From NCBI GenBank assembly GCA_000434195.1, contig HF994452.1:1829-65828 (forward strand): a stretch of DNA of 64,000 bases, written 5' to 3'. Under the pieces are notes generated by a model. That model saw nothing but the letters and a program-made list of their open reading frames with translations, did no database searches and was not told the origin of the DNA. Below, one piece after another: positions 19,630 to 30,156 of this stretch (position 1 is the stretch's first letter; every line of letters begins with the position of its first letter). The translations under genes were made by a program, and so were the position numbers. Origin of the DNA: Clostridium sp. CAG:780 (lineage in GTDB: Bacteria; Bacillota; Clostridia; TANB77; CAG-508).

Positions 19630-20403
19630 ATGAATATAGCAAAAGATTTATATAATTATAGAGAACTATTAAAAACTAGTATAACAAAAGATGTTGGAGG
19701 AAAATATAAGCACTCTTTCTTAGGGGTAATTTGGTCGTTTATGAATCCGCTTCTACAAATTGCGGTATATGCTTTAGTATTCCAAGTAATATTGAAAAGC
19801 AATATAGAAAATTATGCTGTGTATTTATGTTGTGGATTGGTTCCTTGGCAATACTTTTCTAGTGTTGTACTAAGAGGGGCAGCAACAATAATTGACAATG
19901 GCAACATTATTAAAAAAGTGTACTTTCCTCGAGAAATTCTACCAATATCAGTTGTTGCAAGTGAAGGAGTAAATTTCTTAATATCTACAACGATTATTTT
20001 GGGTTTTGTAATATTTGGAGGAATAGGTTTATCGTGGAACATATTATGGTATTTTTTAATACTAGCAATACAAATTATTGTTTCAATAGGTATAGCATTT
20101 ATAGTTTCTAGCTTAACAGTATATTTTAGAGATTTGCTACATTTATTGGGAATATTAATGCAACTACTATTCTATGCTACACCAATAGTATATTCAATGG
20201 ATTCCGTACCTGCAAGCATGAAATGGCTTTTAATGTTAAACCCTATGTCATATTTAATAGAAGGATATAGAAACATTTTCTACAACAAAACAATGCCTAA
20301 TTTTGAAGGATTGTTAATAGCTCTAGTAATGGGAGTGGTTTTATGTGTTTGTGGATACTTTATATTTAGAAAATTAGAAAAAAGATTTGCAGAAGAATTG
20401 TAA
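19630..20403 (+). CDS. tagG: ABC-2 type polysaccharide/teichoic acid export permease
   Basis: 257 aa with 6 hydrophobic segments, abutting tagH (stop TAA directly followed by ATG). Confidence 0.75.
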   Translation: MNIAKDLYNYRELLKTSITKDVGGKYKHSFLGVIWSFMNPLLQIAVYALVFQVILKSNIENYAVYLCCGLVPWQYFSSVVLRGAATIIDNGNIIKKVYFPREILPISVVASEGVNFLISTTIILGFVIFGGIGLSWNILWYFLILAIQIIVSIGIAFIVSSLTVYFRDLLHLLGILMQLLFYATPIVYSMDSVPASMKWLLMLNPMSYLIEGYRNIFYNKTMPNFEGLLIALVMGVVLCVCGYFIFRKLEKRFAEEL

Positions 20404-20430
20404 AACATACACAAAACAGATAATATAAAA

Positions 20431-20462
20431 ATGGTGCAATAAAATTTGCATCATTTTTTTTA
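20431..20462 (+). terminator. rho-independent terminator
   Basis: Stem atggtgcaa/ttgcatcat (one G-U pair), followed by a run of at least 9 T. Confidence 0.7.
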
Positions 20463-20468
20463 TTTTTG

Positions 20469-20496
20469 TTGAAAAATGACTAATATATGATATAAT
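20469..20496 (+). promoter_or_regulatory. sigma-A promoter TTGAAA-16-TGaTATAAT
   Basis: TTGAAA at 20469-20474 and TATAAT at 20491-20496 with a TG extended -10. Confidence 0.55.
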
Positions 20497-20539
20497 CATA
20501 CAAGTAGAATTATAATTAAAACAGAGAGGAAAAATCATT

Positions 20540-21664
20540 ATGTGGGGAGATATAGCGATAGCGTTTTTACTAGCATTTATAACAGCATTTGTAATAACAC
20601 CATATACTATAAGGTTGGCTAAAAAAGTAGGAGCGGTAGATATACCAAATGACAGAAGAGTCAATAAAAAACCGATGCCAAGGCTTGGCGGATTAGCGGT
20701 AATTGCAGGGTTCTTAGTTTCTGTAATTTACCTTGTAATTAGTGCTTCAATCGAAGGAAAAATAAATTTATTAGAAGACAATTTAAATATAAAACTATTA
20801 GGAATCTTGGGTGGAATGTTAGTCTTAGGCATTGTGTGTTATATTGATGATGTCAAAGATATAAAACCGCTAGTAAAACTAGCAGGACAAGTTGCAGCAG
20901 CAGTAATAGTTGCAAGCTCAGGAGTCTTAATAGATAATTTTACAATACCTTTCAAAGAGAATAGTTTTGTATTAAATGAAGTATTTAGTTTTATCCTAAC
21001 AGTGGGATGGATTGTAGGTATAACAAATGCAATTAACCTAATAGATGGACTAGATGGTTTGTCATCGGGAATTACATTAATATCTTGTCTTTCACTAGTA
21101 GTTGTATTTGCACTAAATGAATCTCCACTAATAGCGATAATATTAATAACTGCGCTAGCAGGTGCTATTGTTGGATTTTTACCATACAACTTTAACCCAG
21201 CTAAAACTTTTATTGGAGATGTAGGCTCGAATTTTATGGGCTTTGCCCTTGCAATAATATCAATATTAGGGGTTGCAAAAACATATACAGCAATAGTGCT
21301 TATAGCTCCTATTATGATATTGGCACTTCCAATATTTGATACCATATGGGCAATAATAAGAAGGATTGTAAAAAGTAAATCGATAAAAGGAGTGTTTAAA
21401 GCAGATAGAGGCCATCTACATCACAGATTAATGGCAAAAGGATATACGCAAAAACAATCAGTCTTAATTCTATATGGAGCAACAGCTACTTTGGGTATGA
21501 CTGCAATAATATTATTAGACAGTGGAATTTGGAAAGCCGCTTCGTTCGCACTATTAGTAATTGCAATAGTGGCAATAGGATATAGAGACTTTGTAAAACT
21601 AAGTGTATTTAAAGAAGCAGAAATTAAAAAGGAAAACAGAAATAAAGAAGGAGAAGAAAAGTGA
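20540..21664 (+). CDS. tagO: undecaprenyl-phosphate N-acetylhexosamine-1-phosphate transferase (MraY/WecA/TagO family)
   Basis: NAINLIDGLDGL motif, DRRVNKKPMPRLGG, about 10 TM segments, HLHHRL near the C-terminus. Confidence 0.8.
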   Translation: MWGDIAIAFLLAFITAFVITPYTIRLAKKVGAVDIPNDRRVNKKPMPRLGGLAVIAGFLVSVIYLVISASIEGKINLLEDNLNIKLLGILGGMLVLGIVCYIDDVKDIKPLVKLAGQVAAAVIVASSGVLIDNFTIPFKENSFVLNEVFSFILTVGWIVGITNAINLIDGLDGLSSGITLISCLSLVVVFALNESPLIAIILITALAGAIVGFLPYNFNPAKTFIGDVGSNFMGFALAIISILGVAKTYTAIVLIAPIMILALPIFDTIWAIIRRIVKSKSIKGVFKADRGHLHHRLMAKGYTQKQSVLILYGATATLGMTAIILLDSGIWKAASFALLVIAIVAIGYRDFVKLSVFKEAEIKKENRNKEGEEK

Positions 21665-22608
21665 AGAAAATAACTATATTAGTACCAGCATATAATGAAG
21701 AAGAAGCATTACCATTACTATATGAGAGAGTAAGCAAAATAATGAACGACATGAAAGATTATGAATTTGAACTATTATTTGTAAATGATGGTAGTAAAGA
21801 TAATACATTAAACGAGATAAAAAAATTAAGAGAACAAGATAAAAGAGTAAGCTATGTAGATTTTTCGAGAAATTTTGGAAAGGAAATAGGAATGATTGCA
21901 GGACTTGATTATGCAACAGGAGATTGTGTAATCATAATGGATGCAGATCTTCAAGATCCACCAGAGCTAATTCCACAAATGGTAGAATTATGGGAACAGG
22001 GATATGATGATGTATATGCACAAAGAAAATCAAGAAAAGGAGAAACATGGTTAAAGAAATTTACATCAAAGATGTACTATAAAGTATTACAAAGCCTAAC
22101 AAGAGTTCCAATACAAAAAGATACTGGCGACTTTAGATTACTAGATAGAAGATGTGTAAACGCATTAAAGAAAATGAGAGAAACAAGTAGATGCTCTAAG
22201 AGTATGTTTAGTTGGATCGGATACAACAAAAAAGCTATATTATATGATAGAGACCCAAGAATAGCAGGAAAAACAAAGTGGAATTATATGAAACTAATTG
22301 ATTTAGCCATAGATGGAATAACAGCATTTACAACATCACCACTTAGAATATCAACATTTTTAAGCATACCAACATTTTTAGCATTACTAATATACTTTAT
22401 ATATGTAATAGTAAAATGTTGTAGACTTCATATTGCAATACAAGCATTCCAAGCAACAATATTACTAATATTATTCTTTGCAGGAGTTCAAATAGTGCTA
22501 ATTGGAATTATGGGAGAATATCTAGGAAGAATATTCAATGAGTCTAAACAAAGACCATTATATTTAGTAAATGAATACAATGGAGAAAAAGAAACTAACG
22601 AAAAATAG
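21661..22608 (+). CDS. GT2 polyprenyl-phosphate glycosyltransferase (ArnC/GtrB-like)
   Basis: ILVPAYNEEEALP, FVNDGSKDNT and MDADLQDPPE, plus two C-terminal TM helices. GTG start overlapping the tagO stop. Confidence 0.75.
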   Translation: MKKITILVPAYNEEEALPLLYERVSKIMNDMKDYEFELLFVNDGSKDNTLNEIKKLREQDKRVSYVDFSRNFGKEIGMIAGLDYATGDCVIIMDADLQDPPELIPQMVELWEQGYDDVYAQRKSRKGETWLKKFTSKMYYKVLQSLTRVPIQKDTGDFRLLDRRCVNALKKMRETSRCSKSMFSWIGYNKKAILYDRDPRIAGKTKWNYMKLIDLAIDGITAFTTSPLRISTFLSIPTFLALLIYFIYVIVKCCRLHIAIQAFQATILLILFFAGVQIVLIGIMGEYLGRIFNESKQRPLYLVNEYNGEKETNEK

Positions 22609-22622
22609 GGAGAACTTTTTAT

Positions 22623-24245
22623 ATGACAGCAAATGTGCTTAGTTTAGTAGCATTAATTGCTATAATCTTGGTAAGAGTTATCAATCTAAAAGATAATACT
22701 AAAAAACAAGAAACAGACAAAACAATAGATAATTTTATAGACAAGCATTACAAGAAAATATTGCTAGTGTTTCTACTACTAATATTCATAACGAGAATCT
22801 ATAAATTCGGAGAAATCCCAAACTTTATAGGTGTGGATGAAGCAGGGGCTGCATATGATGCCTACTGCTTATCTGAATATGGAGTTGACAGATACTTAAA
22901 TTCATTCCCACTATATTTAATTAATTTTGGTGGAGGACAGAGTGCATTATATGCATATGCAACTATACCATTTATAAAATTAATAGGTGCAAATATTATA
23001 GCATACAGATTACCAGAACTATTATTTTTCTTGATGGGAATTGTAGTATGCTACATACTAGCTAATAAAATGAAAGACAAAAAGATAGCTCTACTATACA
23101 CGTTTTTAATAATAATCTGTCCTTGGAACATAGAAGCATCTAGACAAGGATTAGACTGTAATTTATTAGCACCAATGTTTATGTTAGACGTACTTTTATT
23201 AGTAACCGCAAATAAAAATTGGCATTATATAGTTGCAGGTCTAGCAATAGGAATGACACTATATACATATTGTTTAGCATGGATACTAATTCCGGTCTTC
23301 TTACTAATCTATATAATTTATATGTTATGGGTGAAGAAAATAAATTTTAAACAAATAATATTATTAGGAATACCAATCGCTTTGCTAGCAACACCTTTAA
23401 TATATTTAATATTGTTAAACAAAGGCTATGCTACAAGGACAAACTTTGGAATATTTACAATACCAAAATTGTTCTTCTTTAGACAAGGAGAAATAAGCAT
23501 TCATAATTTATTACAATATGGAGGATATAGCCTAAAAACTATATTTACCGATTCAAGGGGAATTTATCTTGTAGAACTGCCATTCCTTTTAATAGGAATT
23601 GTAGTTGGAATTAAAGAATTCATAAAAAGCATAAAAGAGAAAGAGTTTAGCTTCACAGGATTTATGACAGTAGTTTTTATTATATTGCTAATATGTAATT
23701 TGCTAGTGGTAGTGGGAACTCTAAATAGAGCTAATATATTATATTTGCCAATGCTATACTTGATTACAATAGGTATTAGTTATCTATCAAAAGGCTCTAA
23801 ATGGACGATTATGTCGATACTTGGAGTTTTAACAGTACTATTTGTTACTTTTGAAGTATCATATTACAATGAAAATTTAGAGCAGAGAAGAACAAGACGT
23901 TACGAGGATATAGAACTTTATCAAATTACAGAGAAACTAGAAAATGATGAAAACTTAAAAAATATTGCTAAACACTTTATAATAACAAATAAAGCAGAAC
24001 CATATATTTTTACAATGTTGGCAACCAAGCCATCTCCATATGATTTGAAATTTTTATATGAACAGAAAGTGAAACAATATGGAAATTATTTCTTTGAATA
24101 TGATAAGTTGTTAATAGAAGATATTACAAAGGGAAAAACGATTGTGGTTGTTACAAAAGGCAGAGAAGATATTGTAGAAAGCTTAGAAAATTTAAACTTC
24201 TCCAAAGAAGAAACAAACTTATATTGTATTATGAAGAATTTTTAA
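22623..24245 (+). CDS. GT-C family (ArnT/PMT-like) membrane glycosyltransferase
   Basis: 540 aa, polytopic. The first extracytoplasmic loop has GVDEAGAAYDAY (D-E motif). Directly downstream of the ArnC-like GT2. Confidence 0.6.
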   Translation: MTANVLSLVALIAIILVRVINLKDNTKKQETDKTIDNFIDKHYKKILLVFLLLIFITRIYKFGEIPNFIGVDEAGAAYDAYCLSEYGVDRYLNSFPLYLINFGGGQSALYAYATIPFIKLIGANIIAYRLPELLFFLMGIVVCYILANKMKDKKIALLYTFLIIICPWNIEASRQGLDCNLLAPMFMLDVLLLVTANKNWHYIVAGLAIGMTLYTYCLAWILIPVFLLIYIIYMLWVKKINFKQIILLGIPIALLATPLIYLILLNKGYATRTNFGIFTIPKLFFFRQGEISIHNLLQYGGYSLKTIFTDSRGIYLVELPFLLIGIVVGIKEFIKSIKEKEFSFTGFMTVVFIILLICNLLVVVGTLNRANILYLPMLYLITIGISYLSKGSKWTIMSILGVLTVLFVTFEVSYYNENLEQRRTRRYEDIELYQITEKLENDENLKNIAKHFIITNKAEPYIFTMLATKPSPYDLKFLYEQKVKQYGNYFFEYDKLLIEDITKGKTIVVVTKGREDIVESLENLNFSKEETNLYCIMKNF

Positions 24246-24258
24246 AAAGGAAATATAG

Positions 24259-24828
24259 ATGAAAAATATAAAATTAACTCTTAAATATATATTAATATTT
24301 GTAGTCCTAATTTGTATGTATTTTACAAGTCTTATACTATCAAGCTTAATACCATCATCTGCAATAAAAGAAAAGGTAATTAAGAGCTCTGAATTTTTAA
24401 AACAGTATGGTGAAAAAGAAATAGTAAATCTAAGATATAAAGAAGAAGAAATATTCTTATTCACAGATGCTCTAATGCTTAATACAGCATATTCCATCGA
24501 CTCTGAAAAACCAATAGAAAGCGCTTTGTTGGCAAGAAAAAATTACATCCCAGGACAAACACAAACAATAAGCAAAGACAGAGAAAAAAATCTAGGAGCT
24601 TCAAAAAGTCATACTGATAAATATGGAAATATTTTTCAAGTGGACGAGTTATATGGACTTATGCACGGAGAGAATATAACTGAAAGCTTTGAATATGCTA
24701 GATATTGGCACGGATATTTGACGTTTTTGAGACCTTTATTACTAGTGGTAAGCTATGAGCGGAATAAGAATATTAATGCTAGTAATTACAATTTTGCTAA
24801 TTGCGTATATGAGTTATCTAATAATTAA
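24259..24828 (+). CDS. membrane-anchored protein, possibly the N-terminal part of a split gene
   Basis: N-terminal TM segment plus a soluble domain. The last ~24 codons ([23 protein letters not shown]) look non-native and overlap the next ORF by 74 nt. Confidence 0.45.
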   Translation: MKNIKLTLKYILIFVVLICMYFTSLILSSLIPSSAIKEKVIKSSEFLKQYGEKEIVNLRYKEEEIFLFTDALMLNTAYSIDSEKPIESALLARKNYIPGQTQTISKDREKNLGASKSHTDKYGNIFQVDELYGLMHGENITESFEYARYWHGYLTFLRPLLLVVSYERNKNINASNYNFANCVYELSNN

Positions 24829-25615
24829 AAAGATAAATTTTGAAACAGCTGTATTTTTTATAATTGGATTATTGTCAGTTGAAATAGTACTAACTACTAG
24901 AGCTTTAAATGAAATAATAGATTTTATAATAGCAATATCCGCTTCAATAGCAATACTTCTAAAGAAGGATACAAATAAAAATGTAGGAGTTGTATTCTTT
25001 ATAGTTGGTTCAGTCACAAGCTTTATGGATTTACTAACAGAACCACTTATTACATTGGGATTGCCTTTAATTATATATATATTATTAATGCAAAAACAGA
25101 GAAGAGCGATAAAACATGACTTGATTGATTTTGCTAAAATATGTTTTTTATGGGGGATGGGCTATGGATTAACATGGCTAATGAAATGGATTTTAGTATC
25201 ACTAATATATAATAGAGATATAATTCACAATGCTTTGCAACAAGCAAAATTTAGATCAACAGGAATGAAACAATATGGGTATTTCACTGTGGTACGCAAG
25301 AACTTTGAGTTTTTGTCATCGTTTGCTATATCAATAAACCTAGCATTAGTTATAATATATTCAATAATCAAGCTAATAAAAAATAGAAATGCCAAAATAA
25401 ACATTAAGCAAAATTTATATACTACAATACCATTTATATGTTTAGGAGTACTACCTTTTATTTGGTATTTGGCATTAAGACAACATTCTTATATACATAC
25501 ATTCTTTACGTACAAAATATTGATAATAACAATAATAAGCATATTTATAATTGTAGATAAAATTTTAGAACCAGAAAATAAAGGAAATGAAAATGAGAGA
25601 AGAAAAGATTATTAA
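24755..25615 (+). CDS. polytopic membrane protein, possibly the C-terminal part of a split gene
   Basis: 286 aa with multiple TM segments. A stop lies two codons upstream of its ATG in the same frame. Confidence 0.5.
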   Translation: MSGIRILMLVITILLIAYMSYLIIKKINFETAVFFIIGLLSVEIVLTTRALNEIIDFIIAISASIAILLKKDTNKNVGVVFFIVGSVTSFMDLLTEPLITLGLPLIIYILLMQKQRRAIKHDLIDFAKICFLWGMGYGLTWLMKWILVSLIYNRDIIHNALQQAKFRSTGMKQYGYFTVVRKNFEFLSSFAISINLALVIIYSIIKLIKNRNAKINIKQNLYTTIPFICLGVLPFIWYLALRQHSYIHTFFTYKILIITIISIFIIVDKILEPENKGNENERRKDY

Positions 25616-26600
25616 TCCAGAGATTCAGGATAATGCAGAAGAGAACTTAGAAAAAACACTAAGGCCTCAATTATTAAATGAATATATAGGACAAACTAAA
25701 ATTAAAGAAAGCATGGAAATTTTTATAGGTGCAGCTAAAAAAAGAAAAGAAGCATTAGATCATGTACTTTTATATGGACCTCCAGGACTTGGAAAAACAA
25801 CACTTGCAAACATCATTGCAAATGAAATGGATTCGAACATCAAAATTACAACAGGTCCAGCGATAACAAAACCAGGAGACTTAGCAGCAATACTTACTGC
25901 ACTTAAACCAAACGATGTTTTGTTTATAGATGAAATACATAGACTAAACAAGAACATAGAAGAAATATTATACCCTGCAATGGAAGACTTTAAGCTAGAT
26001 ATAATATTAGGAAATGGACCTACTGCAAAATCAATAAGAATAAATTTACCTAAATTTACATTAATAGGAGCTACTACAAAAGCAGGCTCCCTAACAACAC
26101 CTCTTAGAGACAGATTTGGAATAGTCCATAGATTAGAACTGTATGAAGAGAATGATTTAAAGACCATAATAAAAAGATCTGCAAAAATATTAAATGTAGA
26201 TATAGATGAACCTTCTTGCGTAGAACTTGCAAGAAGATCTAGAGGAACTCCAAGAATTGCAAACAGATTGCTAAAAAGAGTACGCGACTATGCTTTGGTT
26301 TTAGGAGATGGAAATATAGATTTAAAGATTACAAAATTAGCATTAGGCAAATTGGAAATAGATGAATTAGGATTAGACGAGATAGATAGAAGAATATTAG
26401 AAACAATGATTCTGAAATATGCAGGTAGACCAATAGGAATAGAAACACTTGCTACAACAATAGGAGAAGATTTGGATACAATAGAGGATGTGTACGAACC
26501 ATATCTAATACAAATTGGCTTTATTGCCAGAACACCAAGAGGCAGAATTCCGATGCCAGATGCATATAAACACTTAGGAATAGAGGATAGGAGGAACTAA
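25587..26600 (+). CDS. ruvB: Holliday junction branch migration helicase RuvB
   Basis: [12 protein letters not shown], Walker [20 protein letters not shown] and [16 protein letters not shown]. The start could be ATG 25593. Confidence 0.9.
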   Translation: MKMREEKIINPEIQDNAEENLEKTLRPQLLNEYIGQTKIKESMEIFIGAAKKRKEALDHVLLYGPPGLGKTTLANIIANEMDSNIKITTGPAITKPGDLAAILTALKPNDVLFIDEIHRLNKNIEEILYPAMEDFKLDIILGNGPTAKSIRINLPKFTLIGATTKAGSLTTPLRDRFGIVHRLELYEENDLKTIIKRSAKILNVDIDEPSCVELARRSRGTPRIANRLLKRVRDYALVLGDGNIDLKITKLALGKLEIDELGLDEIDRRILETMILKYAGRPIGIETLATTIGEDLDTIEDVYEPYLIQIGFIARTPRGRIPMPDAYKHLGIEDRRN

Positions 26601-28385
26601 TGGAAATATTGTATTGCTTAATTGCATTAGTATTATTTCTAAGTTCAATATTAGTAAAAAAGACGGACAAAAAAATCAGCATAATTACTACGGTAGCAAT
26701 AACAGCTATATTAGCACTGTGCTATAACATCTTTGTTTGCTACATATTAGATAAAATTAAAATACCGATAACGTTGTTATCGCTAACTATTATAAACTTA
26801 GCAGTTTCTGCTGGGTTTATAATTAAAATAGCAAAAGATAAACAAATCCAACAATACACTATAGGAAAAAGAGATATAATCTTCACTATAATATTGCTGG
26901 TAGTAATTTTATTGATAGCATATAAAGAATTTGGATTTCCGCTTCAAATAAAATACTTTAGCACAGACGCAGCAATGATGCATTATGATACATCGTATAA
27001 ATTCTATCAAAAGGCAGAACTGCTTTCGGTAGAAGATTTTAAAAACATAATGCCAGGATTATATATAAATGTAGGAATACTATTCAAAATATTTGCACCG
27101 TTCATAGGAGAATTCTATTTATATAAAATATTGATACTATTTGATTTATCAACATTATTTCTAATGGGATTGTTATTTTATTCATTAGTACGGAAAAACA
27201 ATAAAGAATACGCCGACATATTTATGCATCATAGCTTTTTCAATATTTTACACAATAGGGTATCCGCTAAATAACTTGATTTGCGGATTCTTCTATCTTG
27301 AGCTTGGAATAGCAATTATAAATGCAATAATACTTATAATAAATAAAACAAAAGATGTATTGAATACTAAAACTATAGTAATGATTTTATTTCTATTAAA
27401 CTTGGGCTTATTTTTTACATATTACTTATTTATACCGTTTGTATATTTAGCAGAATTCATATATTTCATTATGGTAAATAAGCAGAAAAATAAAAAAATA
27501 CTGACAAAAAGGCTAATTGTATTTATAGCAATTACATTAATGCTTCCTTGCATATTAGGATTTGAGTTTAATGTGTTGCAAGGAATGATACATCAAAAGA
27601 CATCAGGAACAATGGCACCAACAGATATAATGAAGGACGAAGGATACATATATAGAAATTCATATTCTAATTTTATACTATTCTTACCCTTTGTTGTGTT
27701 GTACTTTTTCAATCACATAAAAAAGAGACAAATCGACTTCAACATGATTTTCTTTACAACACTGATTTTATATATAGGATTTATATTTGTATTATACAAA
27801 GCAAATTTAATTTCAGCATATTATATGTTTAAAAACTATTATGTATTATGGCTAATAATGATATACATTACATGTGCAAGTATTATAGAAGTGTCTAGCA
27901 CAAAAAGAGGAGAAGACGGAACAGCAATTTATACACTAATTTATATCTTAATCTTTGCAATGTGTTATTTATTTCAAAATGTGAAAATTACAAAAGAAAC
28001 ATTCAACAGCAAAGAAACAATTTTTGATGTGATGGATATATATGGAATGAACAAAACAATGATTACACAACTGGATAAAGATCTAAATGAAGAACAATTA
28101 GAACTAATAAAATATTGTTACGACAATTTGGATGTTAATATAGAAAATACAATTTTGTTAGTGCAAGAAAGACAAATATTTTGGATTAATTCTATTATAG
28201 ACCAGTTCTCAAATGAAAAAGACATAAGATATCTAAATAGATCAAATGTAAAGAAAATAAAAAACCAAGAGAAAGATTTTGAATATATAATAGAATTAAA
28301 CAAACAAAATCAGATAATCGAGAATGCTACAGTAATTTACCAAAATGGCAGTGGAACAATATATGAAATAAATGAAAGGAACTAA
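26600..28385 (+). pseudogene. polytopic membrane protein split by a frameshift (26600..27274 and 27189..28385)
   Basis: The second frame is open from 27189 and reads as TM sequence (TPTYLCIIAFSIFYTIGYPLNNLICGFFYLELG) before the annotated TTG at 27276. The first frame ends in hydrophilic junk. An A5 run lies at 27194-27198. Confidence 0.6.
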
Positions 28386-28387
28386 TT

Positions 28388-29431
28388 ATGAAACTATTAA
28401 TGCATACCTGCTGTGCACCTTGTAGTGTGTACTGCATAGATACTTTGAGAAAAGAAGGAATAGAGCCAACCTTGTATTGGTATAATCCTAATATACATCC
28501 ATACACAGAATATAAAGCAAGAAGAGATTGTCTAAAAGAATATGCAAATAGTATAAATGTACAAGCTATATTTGAAGAAAACTATGGACTAGATGAGTTT
28601 TGCAGAGAAGCGGTAAAAGACTTAAAAGCAAGATGTGTAAATTATTGCTATCCAGTTAGGCTAAGAAAAACATTTGAATATGCAAAAGAAAATGGATATG
28701 ACACAGTAACAACAACTTTATTATATAGCATATATCAAAAGCACGATTTCATAAAAGCGTATATGGAAAAATTGAGCAAAGAATTTGGAATCGATTTTCT
28801 TTATAGAGACTTTAGAGTGGGATTTTGGGAAGGACACCAAAAAGCTCATGATATAGGATTATATATGCAAAAATATTGTGGTTGTATATTTAGTGAGGAG
28901 ATGAGATATTATAACCGCAATCCTATACAAACCAGTAATACCAATGGTTACGAGACACCAAAAGAACCTAGAATGCAGGTTAAAAAAATAGAAAATAAAG
29001 AAGATTATATAGACTTACTTTTAGAGGCAGATCCTTCAAAAGACATGATACATAAGTATTTGAACGATTCTGATGTATATGCATTAAAAAAAGAAGATGA
29101 GTTAATTTCTATTGCAGTTATTTTGCACATTGATAGAAAAACATTAGAATTAAAAAACATAGTTACAAAAGAAAATTTTAGAAATAAAGGTTATGCAAAA
29201 ACACTTTTAAAATCATTATGTGGTAATTATAAACAAAAATATGACAGAATGTTGGTAGGAACAACAGAGAATAATATTCCTTTCTATGTTAAGCAGGGAT
29301 TTGATAAATATGAGAAAACAATTAAAAATTTCTTTATAGATAATTATAAAGAAAAAATAAAAGATGGAGATTTAATTTGTACTGATTTAATATATTATTC
29401 AAAAGATTTAAAGAAAAACAAAATATTGTAG
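28388..29431 (+). CDS. queH: epoxyqueuosine reductase QueH (DUF208) fused to a C-terminal GNAT acetyltransferase domain
   Basis: N-terminus: LLMHTCCAPCSVY...YNPNIHPYTEY...CGCIFSE (QueH Cys pattern). C-terminus (aa about 195-340): LKNIVTKENFRNKGYAKTLL...IPFYVKQGF (GNAT acetyl-CoA-binding motif). Confidence 0.7.
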   Translation: MKLLMHTCCAPCSVYCIDTLRKEGIEPTLYWYNPNIHPYTEYKARRDCLKEYANSINVQAIFEENYGLDEFCREAVKDLKARCVNYCYPVRLRKTFEYAKENGYDTVTTTLLYSIYQKHDFIKAYMEKLSKEFGIDFLYRDFRVGFWEGHQKAHDIGLYMQKYCGCIFSEEMRYYNRNPIQTSNTNGYETPKEPRMQVKKIENKEDYIDLLLEADPSKDMIHKYLNDSDVYALKKEDELISIAVILHIDRKTLELKNIVTKENFRNKGYAKTLLKSLCGNYKQKYDRMLVGTTENNIPFYVKQGFDKYEKTIKNFFIDNYKEKIKDGDLICTDLIYYSKDLKKNKIL

Positions 29432-29462
29432 TTATTGAAATAATATCTAACATATATAAGAA

Positions 29463-29488
29463 ATCTAATAGAAATATTAGGTTTTTTA
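29463..29488 (+). terminator. rho-independent terminator with GAAA tetraloop
   Basis: Stem atctaata/tattaggt (one G-U pair), loop gaaa, then a T-run. Confidence 0.6.
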
Positions 29489-29521
29489 TTTTGCCTTCAA
29501 AAAGGAAGGAGTAAAAAGAAA

Positions 29522-30145
29522 ATGAAAAAAATTGAAAACAAAAAAACAAAAAACAGTGAAAAAATCAAAAAAGAAACAGAAAAGATTAAAGAGATTATAA
29601 GAAAGGAGACAGGTATTTATATAAAGAAGATGAACTCAAGAAACTTAAAGAAAGAATTTGAACAATTTTATTATATTATGGCATCAAATTATTATGAGTG
29701 TTTAACAGCAATAGGGTATTTAGATGAAATAGAAACTGATTGCTTTGCTTGTATAAAAGATGATTACTTATCAGATTTTGTAAGGTCAATGAGTGCTATG
29801 ATGAATAAAATATTTTGTGATGAAGAAAAAGACTTTTCAGATATAATGAATGGAATTATGAGAATGTTAATTTCTGAAGATAAAATTGTTAATATTATAA
29901 AAGACGATATACCTAATTGGGTAGTATTAAGAAAAAAGATAAGACCAGGATTAGTAAATATTCTACCTTTATATGATAATTTAAATGAATACTATTTGAA
30001 TTATTCATATAAATATAATATGGAAGAAGATATAAAACCTTTTATTGCAGGACTTAACAATTTATTTGGTAAATTAGCAGATGATGAGGAGTTTATATAT
30101 GTTTCTACTCATTTACAAGATGATAAAGAAATAACAGAGGAATAA
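29522..30145 (+). CDS. hypothetical protein
   Basis: 207-aa ORF with aaggaagg upstream. I recognise no family. parA downstream has no room for its own promoter, so this gene may belong to the element. Confidence 0.5.
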   Translation: MKKIENKKTKNSEKIKKETEKIKEIIRKETGIYIKKMNSRNLKKEFEQFYYIMASNYYECLTAIGYLDEIETDCFACIKDDYLSDFVRSMSAMMNKIFCDEEKDFSDIMNGIMRMLISEDKIVNIIKDDIPNWVVLRKKIRPGLVNILPLYDNLNEYYLNYSYKYNMEEDIKPFIAGLNNLFGKLADDEEFIYVSTHLQDDKEITEE

Positions 30146-30156
30146 ATATTCAAGAC

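Noticed and set aside
20839-21345. 168-aa minus-strand ORF inside tagO
   Set aside because: It is antisense to a gene with a clear MraY/WecA motif (NAINLIDGLDGL), and the product has no motifs. This is a typical shadow ORF. The same reasoning applies to 976..1416, 25760..26167, 51645..51992, 60476..60922 and the other minus-strand entries.
27194-27198. Homopolymer phase variation of the membrane protein gene (and of virD4 at 52909-52913)
   Set aside because: A5 tracts are short for efficient slipped-strand switching. Sequencing error or simple decay is at least as likely. It is kept only as a minor alternative in the findings.
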